A stretch of DNA of 64,000 nucleotides from Candidatus Omnitrophota bacterium (lineage in GTDB: Bacteria > Omnitrophota > Gorgyraeia > Gorgyraeales > Gorgyraeaceae), in the NCBI GenBank assembly GCA_043814965.1, contig JBDRJN010000003.1:136677-200676 (forward strand). The letters run 5' to 3'. The notes under the pieces were generated by a model, which worked only from the letters and a program-made list of their open reading frames with translations, made no database searches and was not told where the DNA came from. The translations under genes and the position numbers were made by a program. Of this stretch, positions 27,411-35,582 are shown in pieces (within the stretch, counting starts at the first letter, position 1; each line of letters begins with the position of its first letter).

Positions 27411-28403
27411 ATGGAAAAGAATAAAAAAAGCATACTTTTACTCTGCAAAATAGATTTGACTGGATCTGAAAAAAAAGAGATATCTATATCATTTAACACA
27501 GAAGGCTTCTGGGCTGATTTGGACAAATTCGCCGAGATTAACCGCGTGTACCCTCTAATATATTCTCAACTTAAAAAAATAGACTCTGACCTTATTATCC
27601 CTGAAAAAATGACAAAAATTTATCTTTATAGCTTAAAAATAAATACTTTATTAAAAAAAGAATTTTTATCCGTGCGAGATAAGCTATTGGAAAACAAAAT
27701 ACCTGTGATCCCTCTGAAAGGAATAGACCTAGAAGATAGGATATATAAAAACATTGGCGCAAGAAATATGGTAGATATCGATATATTAGTCAAAAAGGAG
27801 GATTCGGAAAAAGCAAAAACAGTGCTCAAAAGTCTGTCTTACAGCGCTTATCCAAAAATATCACCAGAATCTCAAATAATACTATCGAAAAAGATGTCTC
27901 CCAGTGTTATCTCTAACATAGACCTTCACTGGGAGATTTTTCCTCCCAGGCCATACAAGATCAGCTTGCCTGGCATATGGACCTCTGACAAACTAAGGCT
28001 TGAAGATGCGGTCATTGTTACGACACTTCATATTAGACGCCATATTAGACAAGCTACTTTTAAAGATTTTTGCGATGTCCTCAATATCTTAGAACAAAAA
28101 GAATCTAATATTGACTATTCGTACCTTAAAAAAATTGCTAAAAAAAATCATATCAAAAACTGCCTTAGCTTCTCTATCTTCGCTATCAATAACATATTCG
28201 GGACTGACTTACCTCAACTTTTTAAGATAAGCTCTTTTAGAAAAAAAATATTACTTTACCTTTTCCCTCAAGACATATTTTTCAAAGAAACAAAAAATAA
28301 AGTCAAGCTATCCATTTTAAGGATTTTTCTATTCGATTCGATCATAGACATCATTGTTTACATTGTCAGGGTCAGTTTATTCGAAAGAAGATTCAAGATA
28401 TGA
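27411..28403 (+). CDS. Nucleotidyltransferase-family protein (uncharacterised NTase family resembling those beside HPr-kinase-like genes in lasso-peptide clusters)
   Basis: N-terminus ILLLCKIDLTGSEKKEI...FWADLDKFAEINRVYPLIYSQL and LKGIDLEDRIY...DIDILV match that family pattern as recalled. Divergent from the precursor gene. Confidence 0.5.
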   Translation: MEKNKKSILLLCKIDLTGSEKKEISISFNTEGFWADLDKFAEINRVYPLIYSQLKKIDSDLIIPEKMTKIYLYSLKINTLLKKEFLSVRDKLLENKIPVIPLKGIDLEDRIYKNIGARNMVDIDILVKKEDSEKAKTVLKSLSYSAYPKISPESQIILSKKMSPSVISNIDLHWEIFPPRPYKISLPGIWTSDKLRLEDAVIVTTLHIRRHIRQATFKDFCDVLNILEQKESNIDYSYLKKIAKKNHIKNCLSFSIFAINNIFGTDLPQLFKISSFRKKILLYLFPQDIFFKETKNKVKLSILRIFLFDSIIDIIVYIVRVSLFERRFKI

Positions 28404-29515
28404 TAATCTCCCATATTGGTTCAAGAGGTATCCCTGCTGTGTATAGTGGGGTCGAAAACGCCATAGAAGAACTTTCAAAACGCCTAGTAGAGCAAGGTAT
28501 TGATATAACTGTATACTGCCATTCAAAAAAAATAAAAACATCCTATTACAGCTTTACAAAACTGATAGAACTTCCTACTATACATACAAAACACCTTGCA
28601 ACCATTGTCCATTCCCTTATATCGACTATTCATGTAATATTTACAGATACTGACATAGTACATTACCATGGGATCGGCTCGTCAATCTTTTCATTTATCC
28701 CTCGCATATTTGGCAAAAAAACTATTGTGACCGTACACGCCCTGGACTGGAAAAGAAAAAAATGGAATAAACTCGTACAATTTTTATTAAAACTGTGTGA
28801 GATAAGCGCCTTATATTTCCCAAACAAAACAATAGTAGTGTCAAAGCATCTAAAAAATTATTTTAAAAATAAGTATAATAAAGAAACTTATTTCATTCCC
28901 AATGGTGTAAATATACAAAAAGGTCTCCAGGATACCCCATCAGAAGACTATATACTCTTTGTTGGACGACTAGTACCAGAGAAGGGTATACAATATTTAA
29001 TAAGGGCATTTAACGATATAAATACCGATAAAGAACTTTGGATAGCAGGCCAAGCTAGTTATACTGATTGGTATTTCAGGGAATTAAAAAAAATCTCTCA
29101 AAAAAATATAAGGTTTTTAGGGCCTATTTATGGGGAAAAACTGTCTGCTTTATACAATAATGCCTATATATTCGTATTGCCTTCTGAAATAGAGGGCTGC
29201 CCTATAGCGCTTTTGGAAGCAATGTCACACAAAAAATGCTGCCTAATAAGTAATATACCTGAATGTGTAGAAATAGGCTCTGATTGCACCATGACTTTTG
29301 AAAATAAAGATCATGCTGATCTAAAGAAAAAACTAGAATTGCTTCTAAATGACCCTCAGTTGGTATATGACTTAGGTAAAAAGGCTTGGGGGAAAATAAA
29401 GATAGATTACGACTGGGGTAATATAGTCCTAACATTAAAAAACATCTATCTTTCGCTAGATGAAATCTCTCTATCAAAAGATATTATTAGACCGATGACT
29501 AACCAAAATAAATAA
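28400..29515 (+). CDS. GT4 (group 1) glycosyltransferase
   Basis: 371 aa with a GT-B fold pattern and the E-x7-E region (SEIEGCPIALLEAMSHKKCC). 4-bp overlap with the NTase gene. Confidence 0.7.
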   Translation: MIISHIGSRGIPAVYSGVENAIEELSKRLVEQGIDITVYCHSKKIKTSYYSFTKLIELPTIHTKHLATIVHSLISTIHVIFTDTDIVHYHGIGSSIFSFIPRIFGKKTIVTVHALDWKRKKWNKLVQFLLKLCEISALYFPNKTIVVSKHLKNYFKNKYNKETYFIPNGVNIQKGLQDTPSEDYILFVGRLVPEKGIQYLIRAFNDINTDKELWIAGQASYTDWYFRELKKISQKNIRFLGPIYGEKLSALYNNAYIFVLPSEIEGCPIALLEAMSHKKCCLISNIPECVEIGSDCTMTFENKDHADLKKKLELLLNDPQLVYDLGKKAWGKIKIDYDWGNIVLTLKNIYLSLDEISLSKDIIRPMTNQNK

Positions 29516-30699
29516 AAAGAAGTTTTCCATAAGAATGCATCAAATGTATTCACGTTGAATAACATAGCTGTAAAACCTATCAAAACAACTGAAAACATCT
29601 CTTTTCTATATCCTTCTGATTTCTTGTAGCACAAAAAAGACCTTTTTATAATGCTCTCCAGAAATATTATAAAACCTACAGAACCTATCACCCCTGTCTC
29701 CGCCAAATGCATAAGATAGACACTATCAGGTATCATAAGTTCATGTGGAAGTCTTAGGCTTGAGTATTCGTTAAAAACCAACCTGAAGTTATTAAGCCCT
29801 ATGCCTACGAAAGGGTGGTGTCTTAACATGTTCCATGTAACAAGATACGCGCCAGTCCTATGCCCTGTGCTCAAATAGCTCCATAACCTTTGTATGCTGA
29901 ACCTATGTGTAAACTCTGAGATAACATATAACCTGAGTGAACAAAAAATAATAAACAAAATCCCTAAACACAGAACAAAAATTACAGTTTTAAATCTCTT
30001 CTTTAAGATCAGTAAAATCAAAAATGTCAGAAATCCTGCCAGATAGGTGCCTCTTGAAAAAGTAAAGACCATTGCGGAAAATATAACTAAAAATACTGTG
30101 AAATTAAAATTCTTTAGCGTTTTTCTCTTCTCACTTTTATAAAAATAATACGCTAACGGCAAGCAAGTTATAAGGTAAGACCCCAATATGTTAGGGTGTG
30201 CCAATGTCGACATCATGCGTTTTTCTTCTATTAAATACCTATGATAAAAATAGTTACTTATATATCTTTCGTATATTATATTGCGTTCGAACAGCATCTC
30301 TAAGAAACCAAAAAATGCTACTAGTCCAGCACATATACATAAAACATATAAGACGCTCTTTACATTTTTAGAATTAATTTCGTTTCTAGCCAAATAATAT
30401 ATCGGGATTGCGCTAAGGACAAAATCTCTATAATAAACATAGGAAGATAGTTTATTTTGAGAAAAGTATATGTTTATAGAAAAAAGAAAAAGATATACCC
30501 AGAAAAATTTACCATTATCAAGAAAATATTCTTTAAAATCATGCCTTTTTTTAAAGAAACTGACTAAAAACAAAATCCATAATATTATATTAAATACATT
30601 ATTATACTGAAATTTTATTGGGTCTGGGACAAAAGATATCCAAATGATAAATAGGATCATAAAAAAAAGAACTATTCTTTCACTAGATATTTTCGACAT
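29446..30699 (-). CDS. O-antigen ligase / Wzy_C-domain polytopic membrane protein (paralog 1)
   Basis: 417 aa, 10 or more TM helices, and a periplasmic loop with H-x-x-L-x-x-L-x-E-x-G-x-x-G (HLAETGVIGSVGF). Confidence 0.6.
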   Translation of the reverse strand: MSKISSERIVLFFMILFIIWISFVPDPIKFQYNNVFNIILWILFLVSFFKKRHDFKEYFLDNGKFFWVYLFLFSINIYFSQNKLSSYVYYRDFVLSAIPIYYLARNEINSKNVKSVLYVLCICAGLVAFFGFLEMLFERNIIYERYISNYFYHRYLIEEKRMMSTLAHPNILGSYLITCLPLAYYFYKSEKRKTLKNFNFTVFLVIFSAMVFTFSRGTYLAGFLTFLILLILKKRFKTVIFVLCLGILFIIFCSLRLYVISEFTHRFSIQRLWSYLSTGHRTGAYLVTWNMLRHHPFVGIGLNNFRLVFNEYSSLRLPHELMIPDSVYLMHLAETGVIGSVGFIIFLESIIKRSFLCYKKSEGYRKEMFSVVLIGFTAMLFNVNTFDAFLWKTSFYLFWLVIGLIISFDREISSSER

Positions 30700-31927
30700 T
30701 CTCTTCTCTTCCAGTCAATGACATTATAATGCCGCAATAAAACCAGAACATAAAATATGGAGTCCTCCAGTACAGTGAATCATACGTCATCATAGTTACT
30801 AATATCGCTACCATCCCTCCCAATGCAATAGAAATAACCTCTTTATACTTAGAAGACATTCTTATCATCGGTAAAGCCCTTGAAATAATCAGAAACAAAA
30901 AACCAATAAAAGACAATAATCCTAAAACACCACTTTCACAAAGCATCATAAGAAACATATTTTCCGGAGTTTTCCTGTATTCATTATGCTCCTTGGGCTC
31001 TTTATCATATTTATTGAATACAATCTTATAATTACCCAATCCAACACCCCAAATAATGTTATGTCTAGCAATAGTCCCAGCAATCTCAAATCTAGTAATT
31101 CTATACTTATGATACTCCTTATTAAAAAATCCGTATCTACCTATGCTGATCCTTTGCTTATTGATATCTTTACTTGATGAAAACACTAATAGTAAGCTAA
31201 ATATAAATAAGAGAAAAATCAGGGCTATCTTTTTATTTTTAAATACTAGATATATAAAAGTTGCGGCGGTAAAAGCGCAGATCGCAACTCGCTCTAGAGA
31301 TAAAAAAGCTCCTACGAGAATAAATAACCAACAAAAAATACCTATTAGAATCAATGATTTTTTATTTGCATTGAAAGCTAGAAAACAAGCAAAAGGTGAA
31401 CTCGCAGCTAAGTAAGTCCCAAAAACTTGAGGAACGTATTGGGTAGACATTACCCTACCTTGAGAAAGATAATAGATATAATACTGATTTTTAATAAAAA
31501 TCTCGTATATTAAATTTCTATGGAATATATGCTCCAGTATCCCAATAAAACCAACTATAGCTCCTAATATGCATATAGTTAAAGCTACCTCGTTTTTATT
31601 TTTAAATAAATAAATGTTACTTTTAAAGAAAAAATAGACTACTAATGCTGGGATCGCATAATCGTAGTATTTATTTATGGCTATATCTCTATTCTGCGCA
31701 AAGTTCAATCCTATTGTTAATATAAATATATAACTCCATAAAAATAGATCATTTTTATCAATAAACAGTCTCTTAATATTAATCTTATCTAAAAAAATAA
31801 TGCTTATAAAACCAAAAAAAAGAATTATAACTATATATTTAGGTTGTATCAGGCTAGAAAAAAATGATATCCATATAAAAAATAGTATAAAAATAACAAG
31901 AAATATAGTTTCGGATATCTTTTTCAT
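30683..31927 (-). CDS. O-antigen ligase / Wzy_C-domain polytopic membrane protein (paralog 2)
   Basis: 414 aa. ARHNIIWGVGLGNY...MLCESGVLGLLSF. Confidence 0.6.
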   Translation of the reverse strand: MKKISETIFLVIFILFFIWISFFSSLIQPKYIVIILFFGFISIIFLDKINIKRLFIDKNDLFLWSYIFILTIGLNFAQNRDIAINKYYDYAIPALVVYFFFKSNIYLFKNKNEVALTICILGAIVGFIGILEHIFHRNLIYEIFIKNQYYIYYLSQGRVMSTQYVPQVFGTYLAASSPFACFLAFNANKKSLILIGIFCWLFILVGAFLSLERVAICAFTAATFIYLVFKNKKIALIFLLFIFSLLLVFSSSKDINKQRISIGRYGFFNKEYHKYRITRFEIAGTIARHNIIWGVGLGNYKIVFNKYDKEPKEHNEYRKTPENMFLMMLCESGVLGLLSFIGFLFLIISRALPMIRMSSKYKEVISIALGGMVAILVTMMTYDSLYWRTPYFMFWFYCGIIMSLTGREENVENI

Positions 31928-32115
31928 ATTAAATTATAAAGTTAGAATAATAAAAATCTGGCAGTCACTGCTGCTGATCTTTTCTGTTCTCTAACGCTTT
32001 TTTTATCAACAGTATACTTCAGATTTAGATTTATAAAATCCATGTAATCCTCCATGGATAACCATTTGGAAGGAATATCTTTAGATTTAGTGACAGGCAA
32101 GTTTAATTTTTCCAT

Positions 32116-32658
32116 CTATGCTTTCTCCAGTATCTTGTTGTAAAGCTCTTCTGTACCATATGTAAGGCATATGTCTTTGAACTCGGTATCTTTGACATCG
32201 ATTTTATTGACATTGATCAATTGAATGATATCCGGCATGTCCCTATATTCTCGAATAGACGGGTTATACTTTATCGCGTGTAGTTTCAGTGCGATCAGAT
32301 GACTTAGGCTTGGTACGATAAACTTTTGTTTTGCGATAGAGATCTTTTTCCCATCTTTAATGATCTTATCCAACGTATCCTTATCTACAAACATAAAATC
32401 TGTATCCATTAGATAGGGCTCATCTCCTAAAAGCCTCGTGAATACTTCATGCTCATAGTCTTTCTTAAATCCTTTTTTTATCAATATATCCGATATTTTC
32501 TCAAAATCCTCTTTAGTGATCAAAAAATCTATATCTGCTGTCTGCCGGCTTACCTTATAGTAATTCACCGCAAAACCACCTATCAAAACACAATTCACTT
32601 TGCTCTTAGAAAATATATCCGAAAAAAGATGGAAAATACTAGGGTATTGTCTGGCCAT
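32116..32658 (-). CDS. Small nucleotidyltransferase-fold protein (Pol-beta superfamily, putative)
   Basis: LIGGFAVNYYKVSRQTADIDFLI resembles the G-[GS]/D-x-D minimal NTase motif. 180 aa. Confidence 0.35.
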   Translation of the reverse strand: MARQYPSIFHLFSDIFSKSKVNCVLIGGFAVNYYKVSRQTADIDFLITKEDFEKISDILIKKGFKKDYEHEVFTRLLGDEPYLMDTDFMFVDKDTLDKIIKDGKKISIAKQKFIVPSLSHLIALKLHAIKYNPSIREYRDMPDIIQLINVNKIDVKDTEFKDICLTYGTEELYNKILEKA

Positions 32659-32781
32659 TTCTTATCTATCGATTCTCCTTTATATTATATTGTACCATAA
32701 AATTAAAAATACGGTATAAATGTTTGATAAATTTACTATTGTAATTACCAAAAATAGTGCTATTATTAGACTAATCATACC

Positions 32782-34068
32782 ATGCAAAAATTAAACTCAA
32801 AACCCATATCGCCTATTATACTTTCAATACTTGCTTTCTTTATCTTTATCCGGCCCTTCTTCTCTGGTCTTGTCTATCCCCTTCTAGAGTTATACTATGA
32901 AGTCGCTTTAATTATGCTAGGATTCATAACTCTTTTTATCTATAGGAAATATGAATTCAAGAGTCCTTTTGTGATGCCTATAGCTATTATGCTTTTGTCT
33001 TATCTTATATCGCATATATTTTCAGTAAATTTTGAAAATTCTACAAAAGAGATCATTAGGTTTATTAGCTATATAATGATATTTTCTATGGTGGGGTTGT
33101 CAAATCGGTCTCAAAAAGACACCCTTATAAAGATCATGGTATTTTCAGCCTCTATTGTAAGCATCTATGCAATATACCAATACTTTTGGGGATATGACAT
33201 CCTTCTAAATGGCTTAAACTCTACTCAGAATTTTCTAGTCTCCAATTCTTCATACGCCAAAGATATCCTTATAGGGAAACGAGCTATAAGCACCTTTCCC
33301 TCTCCTAACATATTAGGAGGATATCTAATAATGATGTTCTTTCTGGCTTTATATCTATCAAAAAGATATAAAATAGCTTTAATAGCCGTGATCCTTATAT
33401 CCTTTGCGCTTCTTTTAACAAAATCAATGGGCGCATGGCTCAGCCTTATAGTTGCATTAATTATTTATGTGGTAGTTGGCTATAAAACATTAAGATTTGA
33501 AAAAAGAATCGCTATTATCTCTTCCATCTTCATAGTATTAGCCCTAATATTTATCCTACTAAGTCGTGGGGAAAGATTAATAAACCTTGAAAACCCGCAA
33601 AATTCCATCACCCAACGCATAGCATACTGGAAAACTGCTATCAATATCATAAAGTATCATCCAATATTCGGGGTCGGTCCTGGAAATTTTCAGGAAGTCT
33701 TTTTAAAATATAAAATCGGATCAGATACAGATACTAGATACGCTCATAATCTATTTTTGCAGATTTGGGTCGAGCTTGGGATTCTAGGCTTAATAGGTCT
33801 AATATATCTATTATCTATGATTGTAAAAAATTTAAGGACAAAACTTCAAAATAACCTAATACTATTTGTCAGCATTGTCTTCATGATGCATAATATAATA
33901 GATATAACTTATTTTATCCCTCAGGTATCTTTTTTTTGGTGGGTAATCTTAGGTATACTATTAAGAGTGACTACGGAATCACTGAATAGATCTTTGCCTT
34001 ATGATGGGCCAAGTTCTGAACAAAAGTTACAGACTTCATCTGGCGCAGGGCCTCCGACACGGATATAA
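32782..34068 (+). CDS. O-antigen ligase family protein (paralog 3)
   Basis: 428 aa. YAHNLFLQIWVELGILGLIGL is the Wzy_C signature. Its C-terminal tail overlaps the precursor paralog antisense by about 70 bp. Confidence 0.6.
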   Translation: MQKLNSKPISPIILSILAFFIFIRPFFSGLVYPLLELYYEVALIMLGFITLFIYRKYEFKSPFVMPIAIMLLSYLISHIFSVNFENSTKEIIRFISYIMIFSMVGLSNRSQKDTLIKIMVFSASIVSIYAIYQYFWGYDILLNGLNSTQNFLVSNSSYAKDILIGKRAISTFPSPNILGGYLIMMFFLALYLSKRYKIALIAVILISFALLLTKSMGAWLSLIVALIIYVVVGYKTLRFEKRIAIISSIFIVLALIFILLSRGERLINLENPQNSITQRIAYWKTAINIIKYHPIFGVGPGNFQEVFLKYKIGSDTDTRYAHNLFLQIWVELGILGLIGLIYLLSMIVKNLRTKLQNNLILFVSIVFMMHNIIDITYFIPQVSFFWWVILGILLRVTTESLNRSLPYDGPSSEQKLQTSSGAGPPTRI

Positions 34069-34223
34069 CATGAAAAATGTAAAAAATTAGGTCCATATTT
34101 AGCATACTCTCTCGGCACCGTATCGTCATCGGTACTGCAAAAAGCAAGCACTGCTTCTTGCTTATCACCTCTTATTAAAACAATAAGCTCCGGCCTATCC
34201 CATTTAAGTTTCTTTTTTGCCAC
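33999..34223 (-). CDS. Second candidate RiPP precursor peptide (74 aa), paralog of 27051-27254; GTG start
   Basis: Strong RBS GGGGAGG 6 nt before the GTG. Leader MAKKKLKWDRPELIVLIRGDKQEAVLAFCSTDDDT aligns with the first precursor. Divergent Cys-containing core ending ...EVCNFCSELGPS, also with a C-terminal Ser. Confidence 0.5.
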   Translation of the reverse strand: MAKKKLKWDRPELIVLIRGDKQEAVLAFCSTDDDTVPREYAKYGPNFLHFSCYIRVGGPAPDEVCNFCSELGPS

Positions 34224-34280
34224 CTCAAACCTCCCCAGGAATGATTGTATTACTTATATCCAATAAGATAAGTATATACC

Positions 34281-35576
34281 TTATAAGATTTTTGTCAATA
34301 CTTTCGAGTCTATAGTTTCTTGACGTTTAACCAATAAACTATAGATCTTCTCTATTTCCACTGCATCCTCTTTGATATCTTTTACAGTAGTTACTGCGGG
34401 ATTATGCTCGTTTAGCTTATCCGAATTATCAATAAAGAACTTTATCTTGTTATAAAGCTCTTCTACATTGCCTCGTTCAAATAAAAAAAAGCTATCTTTT
34501 ATAAGTTCAGACACTCCCCCTACTTTACTAGCTAAGATAGGTGTATTTGATAATATCGCTTCATGCAATATCAAAGGTGAGTTTTCTTCCCACATGGATG
34601 GAAATATTAAAACATCTATATCTTTAAATACTTTCGCTATATCCTTATTGTCAAAGCTTCCCATAAAATAAATATTTTTATTACCTCTTACAATTCTCTT
34701 TATTTTTTTATAATAACTAAATATTCCATTGTTCACAGGAGGTTTTCCATAAATTTTAAGCATTACATTACTCTCTTCTATCTTATTAAAAGCCTTTATT
34801 GCTACATGAACTCCTTTGGTAGGTATAAGAGTACCTATAAAGCCAAATCTTACTTTATCTGATAAAGTTTTTTTAATATCCTTGAATAAATCAGCGTTCA
34901 TTCCATAATCCGAATATCTGATTTTCCCCTGCGGCATACCCAACTCTATAAATCTATTCCTTAAAAACTTTGAAGGCGCTATAAATAAATCGACCTTATC
35001 GAAAACTTCACTAAGTTCAACATTATATCTTTTGGAAATTTTTCTAGGGATACTAAACGTGAATATTTTTCTGCTAATGTTACTCGGACTCATACCAGAT
35101 ATTAAGCAATATAAACAATTAGAATTAACTGGATCACTGCATAGTCTCGAATTAGGCTTTAATAATTGACCCCTAGGACACATAAGCCAATAATCGTGCA
35201 GAGTAAAAACTATAGGTATATTGCGTTCTTTGATTATATCTATAATGCCTAGCGATAAGAACAATAGATGGTGTATATGAACTATATCTGGCTTAACCTC
35301 ATCTAGGACTTTAATAAAAATATCTTCAATGTTTTTATTTTTATATATATTTTCAAGCGTAGTATATCTATTAAGGATATTGTTTACTTTATAGACGCTT
35401 AACCCGTCGTAATTCCCTTTGACCAATTCATAGTTTTTTCTTGATCTATCGTTAATCCTATAAAAAATACTTATGTCATGAGATTTTGACAGTTCTTTTG
35501 AGAGGTTATACGCATATATTTCAGAACCAGACATGCTCTCAGGAGGAAAACAATGGATTATGTTAAGCATTTTCAT
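34281..35576 (-). CDS. GT4 glycosyltransferase
   Basis: 431 aa. EENSPLILHEAILSNTPILASKVGGVSELI is the GT4 EX7E region. Confidence 0.7.
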   Translation of the reverse strand: MKMLNIIHCFPPESMSGSEIYAYNLSKELSKSHDISIFYRINDRSRKNYELVKGNYDGLSVYKVNNILNRYTTLENIYKNKNIEDIFIKVLDEVKPDIVHIHHLLFLSLGIIDIIKERNIPIVFTLHDYWLMCPRGQLLKPNSRLCSDPVNSNCLYCLISGMSPSNISRKIFTFSIPRKISKRYNVELSEVFDKVDLFIAPSKFLRNRFIELGMPQGKIRYSDYGMNADLFKDIKKTLSDKVRFGFIGTLIPTKGVHVAIKAFNKIEESNVMLKIYGKPPVNNGIFSYYKKIKRIVRGNKNIYFMGSFDNKDIAKVFKDIDVLIFPSMWEENSPLILHEAILSNTPILASKVGGVSELIKDSFFLFERGNVEELYNKIKFFIDNSDKLNEHNPAVTTVKDIKEDAVEIEKIYSLLVKRQETIDSKVLTKIL

Positions 35577-35582
35577 AAAAAG

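Noticed and set aside
33971-34168. 65-aa minus-strand ORF overlapping the second precursor in another frame
   Set aside because: No RBS and no similarity to anything. The overlapping 74-aa frame has a strong RBS and a leader homologous to the first precursor.
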